64,000 nucleotides of DNA from Octopus vulgaris (lineage: Eukaryota): the NCBI GenBank assembly GCA_951406725.2, contig OX597824.1, positions 14,012,001 to 14,076,000 of the forward strand, read 5' to 3'. The notes beneath the pieces were generated by a model that was given only the letters and a program-made list of their open reading frames with translations, had not been told where the DNA came from and searched no databases. Position numbers and translations under genes: made by a program. Shown one piece after another: positions 42,473-56,587 of this stretch. Positions within the stretch are counted from its first letter, which is position 1, and each line of letters starts with the position of its first letter.

Positions 42473-44504
42473 TTTATATATATAGTGGAGGCGCAATGGC
42501 CTAGTGGTTAGGGCAGCGGACTCGCGGTCGCAGGATCGCGGTTTCGATTCTCAGACCGGGCGTTGTGTGTGTTTATTGAGCGAAAACACCTAAAAGCTCT
42601 ACGAGGCTCCGGCAGGGGGTGGTGATCCCTGCTGTACTCTTTCACCACAATGGCGGTGCCCCAGCATGGCCACAGCTCAACAGCTGAAACTGGAAAAACA
42701 AAAACAAAACAAATATATGCTCCTGCACTGCGCACATGTGTGTGCATGCATGCGTGCATGTGTGTGCATGCGTGCATGTGTGTGTGTCTGTGTGACTGTG
42801 TGTCTGTGTGTATGTGTGTGCGTGTGTGCGTACGTAATATGTATATATCTGAAGTAAAAGGCGGCGAGCTGGCAGAAACGTTAGCACGCCGGGTGAAATG
42901 CGTAGCCGTATTTCGTCTGCCGTTACGTTCTGAGTTCAGATTCTGCCGATGTCGACTTTGCCTTTCATCCTTTCGGGGTCGATAAATAAGGTACCAGTTT
43001 CGCACTGGGATCGATTTAATCGACTTAATCCGTTTGTCTGTCCTTGTTTGTCCTCTCTGTGTTTAGCCCCTTGTGGATAGTAAAGAAATAGGTATTTCGT
43101 CTGCCGCTACGTTCTGAGGTCAAATTCCGCCGAGGTAGACTTTGCCTTTCATCCTTTCGGGGGTCGATAAATTAAGTACCAATTACGCACTGGGGTCGAT
43201 ATAATCGACTTAATCCGTTTGTCTGCCCTTGTTTGTCCCCTCTGTGTTTAGCCCCTTGTGGGTAGTAAAGAAATAAATCTATGTATATATATATATATCT
43301 GACATAGGTCTTTCTTTGAAGTTTTTTTCTTCTTTACTCATGGATTCTCTTAAAATAATGTGTTCACTGTAGACAGCTTATGAAACACCATATGTAGCCT
43401 TTAAAAACATGCTCCCTTTTTTTGCTAGCAAACACTCGACATTTTTATGTTTCTCAATGACATTTATGGCTATTCTTTACTCTTTTACTTGTTTCAGTCA
43501 TTTGACTGCAGCTAAGTGTGTTCTACTATAGCTTCATACCGACCAAAGCCTTGTGAGTGGATTTGGTAGACGGAAACTGAAAGAAGCCCGTCGTATGTAT
43601 GTATATGTATATATGTGTGTGATTGTGTGACTAGTGTTTGTCCCCCACCCCACCCCCCAACATCGCTTGACAACTAATACTGGTGTGTCTACGTCCCCGT
43701 AACTTAGCGGTTCGGTAAAAAGAGACCGATAGAATAAGTACTAGGCTTACAAAGAATAAATCCTGGGGTCGATTTGCTCGACTAAAAGGCGGTGCTCCAG
43801 CATGGCCCCAGTCAAATGACTGAAACAAGCAAAAGAGTAAAAGAGCAACGTTTACAGACAGCCATTTATGTTCAGAGCCATAAAGCGAGGTAAGCGATAC
43901 CTGATGAGTCTCAAGAAAGACAGAACTACGAGTACCATCCTCATTCTTAGCTATTGAAGCTCAGGTGGTTTATTCGCCAGATTATATTTCCACAGCAAAG
44001 CAGAATATATATTTACTAAACAAACTGTATATCATTTCCGTATACACAGTCATTACCCCCGCTGCGTTCGTAATGTTAGCTGTATATATGTATGTGGTTG
44101 TGTATGTGGCTGTGTGTGTAGTTGTGCGTGTGTGTGTGTGTGTCTATGTTCGTAAGTGTGCATCTGTGTTTCTGTGTATGTATGTATGTGTGCGTACGAG
44201 TTCTTTGCAGAGTGTTTGCAACAAAGTTTTTGAAAGCTTTCATTTTCTTTTCTTTTTTTTTACTTTAGGTTGTTGTTTTTTGTTTTTTTGTTTTTTAGGG
44301 TTTTGTTTTGTTTTGTTTCTGTAAAGGAATTAAAAAGAAATTTCGAGTTCTGTCTTGTGATATTTCCTGATAATTAGAAGAAAAATAAACAAAGGATTTT
44401 GGAGAATTACTTTCCCAAACAAACTACAAAAAGCTCAAAAATAGGTAGAAAATGATCAAAGTAGAACTGTTTTATATTTATAATAGACGTCTAAAAGAAG
44501 AGTT

Positions 44505-44561
<57 letters not shown>

Positions 44562-44682
44562 TTAATAAGGGTGAGAGAATTAGATACTAATTTAATAGTA
44601 TATCTATTCAACACCAAGTGGCCTAGTGCTCCGAGAAACCTGGATTATTATAATATTTTATAATATATTATAATATTTTTAC

Positions 44683-44921
44683 AAAATAAATATAAGAGAG
44701 TGGTCACTATATGGCTCACTCTAGCACCAGTTAATCAAAGGTTTCAACCACAAAATACATGTTTCCCATGAAAGTCAGTACGATTGTTAGCTCACACGAT
44801 TGTTAGCTCCGTGTGAGCTAACAATCGTACTGACTTTCATGGGAAACATGTATTTTTGTGGTTGAAACCTTTGGATTAACTGGTGCTAGAGTGAGCCATA
44901 TAGTGACCACTCTCTTATATT

Positions 44922-44927
<6 letters not shown>
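44683..44927. repeat. Near-perfect 245-bp palindrome (about 116-bp arms, 11-nt spacer)
   Basis: The arms differ only by two single-base indels by hand comparison; the spacer attgttagctc copies arm sequence. Confidence 0.93.
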
Positions 44928-44968
<41 letters not shown>

Positions 44969-45017
44969 CATACATACATACATACATACATACATACATA
45001 CATACATACATACATAC

Positions 45018-45498
45018 ATCATCAAAGCAGTTTATCATGGACCAATAGCCGGATTATTACCCCCACCCCCACTTTGAAGGGTAGGCGTTTGCAATACAGG
45101 AACAAGAAATATCAACCAAATACCTAATGCACAAAAGGGATAGAGATGCAGGAAAAGCAGTAAAAGGTGACAACCGATGGAGACTTCGTGGAGTTCACCC
45201 TTAAGATATCACCCACATCATAAACAGTTGTCTGAAAATGTCATCACGGTATTATCTACCGATGAGACATGATGTTGTAGCTAGGACACTTTATAATGAA
45301 ATCCGTCGGAAGGATAATCCCGAGGACAAAGAAATAAGAACCCACAATATGGTAGAAGCCATAGTCACCTCATAGTGAAAAGGAATACTCGTGGAATGTA
45401 CCTGTGAAGACCTCAATAAAATGTAAGCACAACAGAGCTGATATAAGGATTTGGGGCAGAGAGGAGAAACCGTGCGCAGTTGTGGAAATTAGCTGCCA
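45018..45498 (+). mobile_element. Fragment of an RLE-type (R4/Dong-like) non-LTR retrotransposon C-terminus, pseudogenised
   Basis: Translates to AIQEQEISTKYL...DNRWRLRGVHP*DITHIINSC (decayed CCHC knuckle), RHDVVA, and KHNRADIRIWG...VVEISC (PD-(D/E)xK-type motif). Confidence 0.8.
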
Positions 45499-46746
45499 AC
45501 TGACTTCCTTTGGAACGATCGGGAGAAATGCAGTGGCTTTCGTTAAAACCGGGTCTGTCCTAGATTTTATCAAACTGATCCTTGCTGAAAAAACAGCTCG
45601 AATAACATATGAAGAGAGAAAAGAGGAAAACATATGAAGAGGAAAGACGGTGTGTGTGTGTGTGTGCGTGTGTGTGTGTATTTGTGTGTGTTTGTGTTTG
45701 TGTGTGTCTGTGTGTTTGTGTGTGTGTTTGTGTGTCTGTGTGTTTATATATGTGTGATTGAGTGGGTTTCTGTGTGTGTTTGTGTGCGTGTATTTGTGTG
45801 TGTTTGTGTATCTGTGTGTTTATGTATGTGTGCTTGAGTGTGTGTGTGTCTATGCGTGTATTTGTGTATTTGTGTTTGTGTGTGTCTGTGTGTTTATGTA
45901 TGGGTGCTTGAGTGTTTCTCTGTGTGTTTTTGTGCGTGTATTTGTGTGTGTGTATTTGTGTTTGTGTGTCTGTGTGTTTGTTTGTGTGTCTGTGTGTTTG
46001 TTTGTGTTTGTGTGTGTTTTTGTATGTATGTGTGTTTCAGTGTGCTTCTGTGTGTGTGTGTGCTTTCTTTGAACATTTGAATGCTATTCGTCATTTGGGG
46101 AGGTGGACTTATCCTACTGCTAGCTATGTCGTGTGTTAAAAAGCTAACAGTTCTTACTTCTCGTAATCACTTCCGGTGTAGATAAGATAACAGAATTGCG
46201 TATTGCAAAATTAAAAACTGACCCATGTTGCCGTTTGACCTTTCAAAATAATTGAAGCAAGCTTTCCGCTTTGGTCGTAAAGATTCGTATATATTTTGCT
46301 GCTTGGCGCTAAAATTTGGCAATATTCCTATCTCTCCAAACAGTTGTCAGACGGAAGTCAGACACTCCAACGAATAAAATGAACTGAACAGCTGGTAGGG
46401 AAATACTAGAATACGTAGCGGCTTTTATGTGGATGCTTAAAGCTATCAAAATGTTGAAGCGTGAAAATGTTGGGACAATTCCAAACACTAAATTATTTTA
46501 CTGTAATGCTTTGAGCTTCTACACTATTATATTATGTAACCCTTTGCCATACGACATTACATCTTTTCACTACATATCAATATAATGCACCATTGTTGCT
46601 TAATTGTACCGCGTTAATGCGGCGAGCTGGTAGAATCGTTAACGCGCCTGGAAAAATGCTTAGCGGCATTTCTTCCGACCTTACGTACTGAGTTCAAATG
46701 CCACGGGGGTCGACTTTGCCTTTCGTCTTTCTGGGTTGATAAAATA

Positions 46747-47308
46747 TTGGGTTGTCCGGAAAGTTCGTGCCGATTTTTAAATCAAAGAAAAAGGTCAATA
46801 AATACTTGCCATTACATTTTTAATCAACCAAATATGAACCATTTTGTTGCACAATGCGTCTCCATCTTTCCTTTAACTTGAAAATACCCTCTTCCCAGAA
46901 TTGAGGTGGTTTCATGGCAAAGAACTCATCAAGGTATCTTTTACGTCATCCAAGGAATTGAAATTTTTACAATTAAGACTATTCTGAAGAGACCTGAATA
47001 AGTGGAAATCCGAATAAAAAATATCTGGTGAATATGGAAGGTGGGGTAACTCATCCCAGCCGAGCTGCAGCAATTTTTGTCTGGTTCCCAAAACATCAAG
47101 TGCCGAAACTGAATTTTCTTATCTTCCATTTTAAAGGGTTACAGAATTAACACAGGTTATAGGAACATAAATCTTCCACGAAAAGATAGCTTAAACTGTG
47201 ATCTAAATGGAGGTGTAGTGAAATCCTATTTTATGGACTCGACCATGTTCTTAAATAAGTCGAAAGTTAAGCTACTATAAATCGGCAAGAACTTTCCGGA
47301 CAACCTAA
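46747..47308 (-). mobile_element. Internally deleted mariner element, copy 2, inserted into a family A SINE
   Basis: Same TIRs and TA TSD; SINE halves at about 46619-46744 and 47311-47390. Confidence 0.93.
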
Positions 47309-48137
47309 TAGATACCATTTGAACACTGGGGTCAATGTAATCGACTTATATTGCCCCAAAATTGCTTGCCTTGTACCAAACTTTAGAACCAATATAATAC
47401 TGTGTTACATAATATCACAAGCTCTGTTATACTTTCATGCTACTATATTATACATCTTTACGTTCTGAGTTCAAATCACTCCGGGGTCAGATTCACCTTT
47501 CGTCCCTTCGGGGTCCATAAAAATAAAGTATCAATTAAGTACTTGGGTTAATCTAATCGACTCCCTACTCCCTTCAAAACTGCTGGCTTTGAAACCTACA
47601 ACTGACCGGCGTCCTGTTCCGGGGAAATGTGATTTCAGTCATTTTCGCGCTGTGGTAACCTGGCAACCGACCTTCTGAGTCCTAGGGCTCATGAAAAAAA
47701 AAAAGAAGCAAACAATATTACGCATCATTACAATCCTTCACACTTCATCATTATATATTGGTTTCAAATTTTGGCACAAGGCCAGTAATTTCAAGGGAGG
47801 AGCTAAGTTGATTAAAACGTCCCCTATACTTATTTTATTGACCCCGAAAGGATAAAAAGCGAAGTCGACCTCGGTGGAATTCGAACACAGGACATAAAGA
47901 TGGACGAAATGCCACTTAGCATTATACCCAGCTCGCTAATGATTCCATCATCTCGCCGCTCTACTTCGACATTACATATTACCGTGCTATAATGCATTAG
48001 AGTCCCATCATACGTCTTTGCTATACTGCACAGTGTTATGTACTATAACACCACTATGTAACACAACTCTACATTGCTTGACAACACACTATATTATACC
48101 ATACTATATTCTTCTCAATTAAATTACTCTGTATTGA

Positions 48138-48582
48138 TCTATCTATATACTACTAAAATTCTGAGATTGCTCGCTTGCGTGCTTGTCTGTAATTTAAAGC
48201 CAAACTGGTGCATAATGGGAAAATATTCTGAAAGTAAAGTGCTCTTGGAATTGGAATACAAGCGAAATAAAACAAATTTCGCGTAAATCGGACCATGGGT
48301 ACTATTGAAACATTAATACAAACGGAATGAAACAATTTTTGCGTGAATCAGGCCACGGGTTCCCGAGATACGCGTTTTTTGCGGGTACCTTTCTAAATAG
48401 CCAAGATAATGGTAATGGAAAAATGATTTGAAAGTAAAGTACTATTGAAATGTTAATACAAACGGAATGAAATAAGTATTTCCTGAATCAGTATACAGGT
48501 TCCCGGGATAAGCGTTTGGGGGGGGGGTTGTTGGTGGGGTACCATGAACTACTGGTGACCCAACGGGTCACGGGTATTCTAG
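48138..48582 (+). mobile_element. Second non-autonomous Helitron-like family, with internal tandem repeats
   Basis: Starts A|TCTATCTATATACT; internal repeated gaaa..ttaatacaaacggaatgaaa units; ends gacccaacgggtcacgggtattCTAG|T. Confidence 0.6.
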
Positions 48583-48977
48583 TACCACCTAACGCTACAC
48601 CTAAAACAATACTATAATCAGACGACTAGCAATTTTTGGAGAAAGGAGCGAGTCGATTACTTCGACCCCAGTGCGTAACTGGTACTTATTTCATCAACAC
48701 CGAAAGAGTGGAAGTCTAAGTCTACCTCGGCGGCATTTGAACTCAGAACGTAAAGACGGACGAAATGCCGCTAAGCATTTTTCCCGACTCGCCGCCTTAA
48801 TATGTGATATTTATAAATATCCAATATGATTCTACCCAATTTATTAATATCCGTTTTGACACATGGCTTCAGATTGAATTTCTTATGAGAAAAAAATTAT
48901 ACCAAAGTGCAACTATGAATAACTGTCTTTTATATTAATTATATATTAATATGTTTCTTTATTTCTTACAATTGCAG

Positions 48978-49148
48978 GTTCCCTGGAACTTTTGATTTTG
49001 AAGAATACATTGCTTGCATCTTTGAAGTACTCTTCGGTGTATTCATCTTTGAGAGTATACGTTGCCCAGGCACTCCATCTGCTTCAGTCATTCTACAGTA
49101 ATACCAACTGGGTCGAAATGCATGGAGACGCCATAAGCGAAGACCTTG
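48978..49148 (+). CDS. VWA7: VWA7-like exon, 171 nt, phase 1->1: GSLELLILKNTLLASLKYSSVYSSLRVYVAQALHLLQSFYSNTNWVEMHGDAISEDL
   Basis: Acceptor tttcttacaattgcag| and donor G|gtaaag. ALHLLQSFYSNTNWVE matches the HET-C/VWA7 signature ALHxxQDFYSHSNWVE. Confidence 0.92.
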
Positions 49149-49176
49149 GTAAAGTATTCATATTTGACGTTATTGC

Positions 49177-49220
<44 letters not shown>

Positions 49221-50354
49221 CTGCTTGTTGAGCGAGTTTTTTTGTTTGTTTGTTGAGCGAAGCGGTCTTCGCCCCAGAGCTCGCAAGATCGCGCCTCTGT
49301 AGTGAGAGAAGTCCGAAACGTGGTCCTTTGCTATTCGCAAGAACCGCAAAAAAGAAAGCAGGTCAACCCCCGACGCCGAGAGCATCGATGGATGGATGAA
49401 TGCGCATCCAGGCTCAGCGGTTGCGTAGGAAGTCGGGGACAAGAAACCGGAAGAAGGAGTGAGAGAAATTTGGAGCGAAAAAGTACAACAGGGGTCGCCA
49501 CCACCCCCTGCCGGAGCCTCGTGGAGCTTTAGGTGTTTTCGCTCAATAAACACACAAAGCCTGGTCTGGGAATCGAAACCGCGAGTCCGCTGCCCTAACC
49601 ACTGGGCCATTGCGCCTCAACTGCTGCTGCTGCTGCTCTTGTTGTTGCTGTTTATCAGTTTAACTTGTTGGGGATGCCCCTCAGATAAGTTTGGTTGAAT
49701 ATCTCGACCTCGATGCGCGCTGTGTTCTATTGGTTAGATAAACTAGTTTCGACAGATGCGAATAACAACTACTAGAACTACCACTACCTCTATTATTGTT
49801 GTTGCTGTTATTAGTATTGTTGTTGTTGTTGTTTATTTTATTTATTTATTTATTTTATTTGCCACAAGACTGATTTGGGAGAGACATTAGAAGGATAAAT
49901 ACTAAAACAATAAAGATTTTACATAGAAGCAGCTATGAAAAATTCAGGCATAAAATACATCTGTATAAAAATTAAATGCCCAAAACATGAGACAACAACC
50001 GGGGTCAAACGGAGAACCCCCACAAATACTTTCTACATAATCCAAGATCTGTGGGCAAGAGATAATTACATTCTCATACGGTTACCTCAACTTCTTATCG
50101 AGCAGGAACCTTTGACGACAACGCAGTCTCCGCACATGCTTGCGTATCATCAACGATACGCCGAAGGCTTGATATAAAGGATGTTAACACTAAAAAAATC
50201 TTCTGGCTAACGAAATACGTCTTTTCCATAAGAAGCGAAAAAGAAGGACGCTTCAATTTGGTGAGGTGATAACTAGAGCACAGTACAAATGTGAGGTGTT
50301 AAAAATATGAAGAAAATTTTACTTTCTCCACATCTGTCTGTGTTTTTAGAAATA

Positions 50355-50921
50355 TTGGGTTGTCCGGAAAGTTCGTGCCGATTTTTAAAGGAAAGAAAAA
50401 GGTCAATAAATACTTGCCATTACATTTTTAATCAACCAAATATGGACCATTTTGTTGCACAATGCGTCTCCATCTTTCCTTTAACTTGAAAATACCCTCT
50501 TCCCAGAATTGAGGTGGTTTCATGGCGAAGAATTCATCAAGGTGTCTTTTTACGTCATCCAAAGAATTGAAATTTTTACCATTAAGACTATTCTGCAGAG
50601 ACCTGTATAAGTGGAAATCTGAAGGAGCAATATCTGGTGAATATGGAGGGTGGAGTAACACATTCCAGCCGAGCTGCAGCAATTTTTTTTCTGGTTCCCA
50701 AAGCATCAAGTGCCGAAACTGAACTTTCTTATCTTCCATTTGAAAGGGTTACAGAATTAACACAGGTTATAGGAACATAAATCTTCTTTCACGAAAAGCT
50801 AGCTTAAACTGTGCTCTAAATGGAGGTGTAGTGAAATCCTATTTTATGGACTCAACCATGTTCTAAAATAAGTCGAAAGTTAAGCTACTATAAATCGGCA
50901 CGAACTTTCTGGACAATCCAA
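50355..50921 (-). mobile_element. Internally deleted mariner element, copy 3, with an open 103-aa ORF (50428-50739)
   Basis: TIRs and TA TSD; MEDKKVQFRHLMLWE fused to KLLQLGW..LHPPYSPDIAPSDFHL...WRRIVQQNGPYLVD. Confidence 0.95.
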
Positions 50922-51289
50922 TACATTCTCTTCAGTTCATTTCTAGGTGAGACTGGCGACATTGTTCACAAGTCCGTTCCAGTTTCTATGCAGCTGGAGA
51001 GCTAGGCCAAACTAGATCTACAGCGACGGCCACCATGATGCTGAGCTGCAAGCACTAACTTTAGTTAATGTGTCCTCCTGTTACCACTTCGTATTTTCTA
51101 GGGTGGCGCCGACCGCCTCAATTTCCGTAATGATGATGATGGTGATGATACTTGTCATACATATTTTCACAATTCTCCATATATAACCCAACAGCTTCCT
51201 TCTATCCTCTCTTTGCATTACAGATTACAGACACTCTTCATTGTCATGCATTGATCTCAGTCTATCATTTTGTTCCTCAAAAAATTATG

Positions 51290-51355
<66 letters not shown>

Positions 51356-51429
51356 GTGAGTGAGTGAGAGACAGACAGAGACACAGAGAGAGAGACAGAG
51401 TGAAACAGAAAGAGAGATAGCTAGATAGC

Positions 51430-51498
<69 letters not shown>

Positions 51499-51530
51499 TC
51501 TGAAACACACACACACACATGCATACATAC

Positions 51531-51603
<73 letters not shown>

Positions 51604-53289
51604 TCAATTAAATCGACATCGCTTTCATTGCTCTGAAACCGGAAGTCGTAATTTAAATCTCTTTGACCGAGTGACCTTTTCCCAATATAAGCTATTCCTA
51701 AAATTATTCCTTTTGTTGTCATCGCCTAAACTTTTACTTTTCCTGAACCTACATCTGATTACATCTACTACGAGAATCACACAACTCTTATCCCACCTCT
51801 TTCGGCAACCCAATTAACTAATCATATTTACTAATATGCTCTTCTTGCCGCTCTTGACTGTTCTGTCTTCTCTGTTGTTGGTGTCTGTGGTGTCTGTGGT
51901 GTAACATAATCTGTATTTCTCGTAAGTATAACATTGTCAAATTTGTGTCCCAAACGTAAAACTTCCTGTTTACAGACAGGAAACACATCGCTCCTCTTCA
52001 ATTTCTAAGCCGCTTGGAAGTTTAAATAAGACACGGTCAGAGGTTAAGGCCATATGGTTTAGTAGTGCAGGCGGCGAGCTGACAGAAACGTTAGCACGCT
52101 GGGCGAAAGGCTTAGCGGCATTTCGTCTGCCACTGCGTTCTGAGTTCAAATTCCGCCGAGGTCGACTTTGCCTTTCATACTTTCGGGGTCGATAAATTAA
52201 GTACCAGTTACGTACTGGGGTCGATATAATCGACTTAATCCGTTTGTCTGTCCTTGTTTCTCCTCTCTGTGTTTAGCCCCTTGTGGGTAGTAAAGAAATT
52301 GGTATTTCGTCTGTCTTTACGTACTGAGTTAATAATCCGCCGAAGTCGACTTTGCCTTTCATCCTTTCGGGGTCGATAAATTAAGTACCAGTTGCATACT
52401 GAGGTCGATCTAATCGACTAGCCCCTGCCTCAAAATTTCAAATCTTGTGCCTAGAGTAGAAAAGAAAAAAATAATAAACATGACTGCTAAAGAAATTATA
52501 TCCTCCATTTAAAAGATTTCCAGTGTAGGGGAGATAATTTTCAAAGAATAACAATAGAAAAAAGAATTAAAATAGAAAAATATTTGAAGGAAAAAAATTT
52601 ACAAGGAATAAATATGTATACACGTACACAAAAAAACAGTTCATACACTAAAGCAATTTTAAATATAGTTTTTTGATGTTGCTAGATGCTTACTGTTATT
52701 ATAGTATATTTTTTTTTTTTTTCAAAATAACTATATATACGTGTAGGTCTCTATAATTTTTTCTGTTAGAGAACGTGATGTTTGTATATGCTAGACACGT
52801 GTGATTCATTTTTTTGTTTACATTCTGTTTTATCTCGCTCTTTTACTGTTTATTTTTTAAATATATCCGTTAGCCAATTTAATTTATAGATTTTTTTAAT
52901 AATAAACATGCATACAGATTGATATGTCCTTTTTCGTTTCTCTTAATTTTCCCTTTTACAACTTATTTGTAAATATCCGGTTAAATTTTCCCTATTACCC
53001 CATCTGTTTTTCCTTCTTGATTTTTAGGAATAACTTTTTGGGATATTTTTTCCTTAAGTTCTTCACACTGACGAGAATGATAATACATAACTTTAATTAT
53101 AATTATTACTATTATTTTTTCTTACATATTTGTATTGCTCTTTGAAACGTTCGTATGTACTTCTTAAAGCTAATTTTGATGATTTAACATCTCCCCATTT
53201 TTATAATTGTTTATGGTATCTTTATACTTATAATGAACTTTTTTCAAATATATATATATATATAATTATTAACCACTCCTTTCTCCTTT

Positions 53290-53316
53290 CCGACGAAGAG
53301 CTATGCTCGAAACGTC
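53290..53316 (+). ncRNA. Minimal hammerhead-ribozyme-like motif (Penelope-type, non-canonical core)
   Basis: CCGACGA-A-GAGC(TAT)GCTC-GAAACGTC, with palindromic ACGT as the stem-III half; U4 is replaced by C. Confidence 0.4.
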
Positions 53317-53442
53317 AAGCTATATATATTCAGTCAGACTGGATGAATAGGCCGTTAAGTGAACTTAAATCCCAATAAACATGAATTTTATAATACATAC
53401 ATATATATATTTATATGTGTGTATGTGTGTGTGTGTGTATGC

Positions 53443-53549
<107 letters not shown>

Positions 53550-54464
53550 TGACTCTGCTCTCAGAATTGCCTTCCCAGTTCCATCAGTAAATATTTCGTT
53601 GTTATTCTTAAACCTGCTTTAGACCATTAACTTCCATTTAATATCTATCTTTCTAGAAGTCAATCTACAGGTATTTAAAGCGAACCTTTTATCCCATTGA
53701 TCTCACCAGCCAGTTAGAGCAAAAGTTCTCAAACTGACAAACACCTGCCTACCCTTCAAAAATGTTAAATGTTAATGAAATGTTAAATGTTAATGAAATC
53801 TCCCCACACCTTACAAAAGATTTTGCCCTATATAAATTCCTTTTCCCCTTCCCCAATGTGTTGGACGAGTTTAAAATGTTTGAAACCATCCTGATTATAT
53901 TAAACATGTCAGTTCCTCCCAACCCCCAAAACCACGTTTTCACTCATGGTTACAACCATCCTCTTTGCTATGAGAAACACTAAGTTAAGATTTTAAACAA
54001 TTAAGTGCCCTTTCCCGTTTTTTCCTCTTTGTTTTACAGCCTTGACCGCGTTTTATTTCTTTTGTTTATCAAAGAGGCATTTTGATTTCATTTATTACGC
54101 GCCATATACTTGGTGCCAACCTACTCTTGTCTATAGTTTTTACTACTAAGAAGGATTGGTAACAATAAGTATTTAGTTCTCTCGTAGCTGGCGTCATATG
54201 AAGGGTTATTGCAAATTTTACAGCTTATTCTAGACGTTTCCTATTCATAATAGTGTAACACTTAACCATAATCTGATACGGAAAATTAAGAAGAATTTGT
54301 TGTCAGACACACGTGAACAATTAACTTTTTTGGCACTTGCAGCTACGTTTGATTTCTGGTAGAAATTTATCAATTTATCCATACCTATATACCCCACCTA
54401 CACACACACACATACGTGTATATATATATATATATATATATACATACATACATATATATATATG

Positions 54465-54526
<62 letters not shown>

Positions 54527-54605
54527 TAATAAAGTGATTGTTTCTTATCAGGAACAAAATGTTTAATAGGAATGCTATGTAAGTGCTCAATTAAATGAGC
54601 ATATA

Positions 54606-54664
<59 letters not shown>

Positions 54665-54675
54665 GTATGTATGTG

Positions 54676-54722
<47 letters not shown>

Positions 54723-56039
54723 AAATTATAATATCATAACAAATGGGAGTGTAAATACTCAATGCATTATTGAGTATGATCACTAATGTACTCATGCCGT
54801 TTGCGCGACTACTCCAAGTTTCCACAAGCATTCATTTTCTCAGGAGTATAATATATGCTGAAGACATTAAAAACGAAAGTAAGCCAGCACAAAGGTCTAG
54901 CCATGTTGTTAGCTGCACAACCGTCTAGCCATGTTGTTAGCTGCATAAGCTAAGCGGAGGAGTTATAGGTTAATGACGATAATTAATTGGCATTAAGAAT
55001 AGTGTCGCTTAAGAGGAAGGTGTGTCCAGCTTCCTTGTGAATGAACTACATTTTTTCACGTCATACTTCTGGCTCAGATTTTAAGTACAATGTTTCTCTA
55101 TCTCAGTCTAGAAAGTCAGTTAAAACAGTATGAATTAAACTAGTAACAAAGCAAGGGATTTTCTAACGTTACTTTGCATACACATCTCCATATATATACC
55201 TATTTCTTTACTACCCACAAGGGGCTAAACACAGAGAGGACAAACAAGGACAGACAAACGGCTTAAGTCGATTATATTGACCCCAGTGCGTAACTGGTCG
55301 TTAATAAGTAGCTTGCTAACCAACCACATGGTTGCGGGTTCAGTCCCACTGCGTGGCATCTTGGGCAAGTGTCTTCTGCTATAGCCTCGGGCCGACCAAT
55401 GCCTTGTGAGTGGATTTGGTAGACGGAAACTGAAAAGAAGCCTGTCGTATATATGTATATATGTATATATATCTGTGTGTGTGTGTTTGTGTGTCTGTGT
55501 TTGTCCCCCTAGCATTGCTTGATAACCGATGCTGGTGTGTTTACGTCCCCGTCACTTAGCGGTTCGGCAAAAGAGACCGATAGAATAAGTACTGGGCTTA
55601 CAAAGAATAAGTCCCGGGGTCGATTTGATCGACTAAAGGCGGTGCTCCAGCATGGCCGCAGTCAAATGACTGAAACAAGTAAAAGAGTATAAAAGAGTAA
55701 GAGTACATAAATATATATAAAATATAACAGACGTATATGGGTAGAAAAACTATATTGGCGTATAGAAATGTATTACCACCTTAAAATATATATATTGAAG
55801 ACATCGTCCTGCTTACAGATTAAGTGTGATGTTAAAAAGATTTTTTACCATATCAAAGAACGAAAGTGTAATTCCTCGCGAAAAGATGAATATATATATA
55901 TAGGACATTCTAGAAACACAGTTTTTATTCTTTATATGTATTTCTGTATTGCTTCCATTTATCAAGTATTATACACCATTATTCGCATAAAAGTAACTCT
56001 ATTGATTTTCTTTCTTTTTCTTTTTTCTTATTTTCAAAG

Positions 56040-56100
56040 GCATGGAAGACCGAGAGTTTTATGTCGCAGACACATTTCAAGACACATGTAAAAACTGCTC
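56040..56100 (+). CDS. VWA7: VWA7-like exon, 61 nt, phase 1->2: GMEDREFYVADTFQDTCKNC(S)
   Basis: Long polypyrimidine tract ending caaag| and a perfect donor |gtaagt. It carries the A....TCxxC motif expected after NWVE in VWA7, and its phases fit both neighbours. Confidence 0.9.
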
Positions 56101-56201
56101 GTAAGTATGTGTGTGCGTGTGTGTTTTCTTTGAGAAGGAGAGAGAAATTGAGAGCGCGAGATAAGTGGGGACAGATTATAAACGTGCTTTTTTATAAAAT
56201 A

Positions 56202-56587
56202 CTAGCAGTATCGCCCAGCGCTGCTCGGGTTTGTTTCGACCCTTTAGAACGGGAATTTTTGAAAAGTATAAATTTTGCATTATGTAGCTTGTTATTCTCT
56301 TTAAGTGAACATTTTTCTGGTTGAAATACACCGAAAAATGGCGACACAGCAGTCAAAAAGTCGTAAAAAATAGGGATTTTCATAGAAAAAAAAAGCACCT
56401 TTTTGATGTAAATAATTTTTGGTGTTAACATGGTCTGATTTAAATTTTTTCTTCTACGGAAGGAAGAGCAAGCCTTCTATGATACTCTCAATTTTGGTCA
56501 ACTTGTGCCACAGGGTCTCGGAGGAGATAGTGTTAGTTGAAGTCTAACAAACCTGCCATACATTTTTCAGCTTTATATATAGAGAGA
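56202..56587 (-). mobile_element. Non-autonomous Helitron-like element, copy 3
   Basis: Same sequence and termini as copies 1 and 2. Confidence 0.82.

Noticed and set aside
49850-50210. Possible decayed LINE 3' end on the - strand; similar suspicion for about 53570-53990
   Set aside because: I could not recover diagnostic protein motifs by eye, so these are left uncalled.
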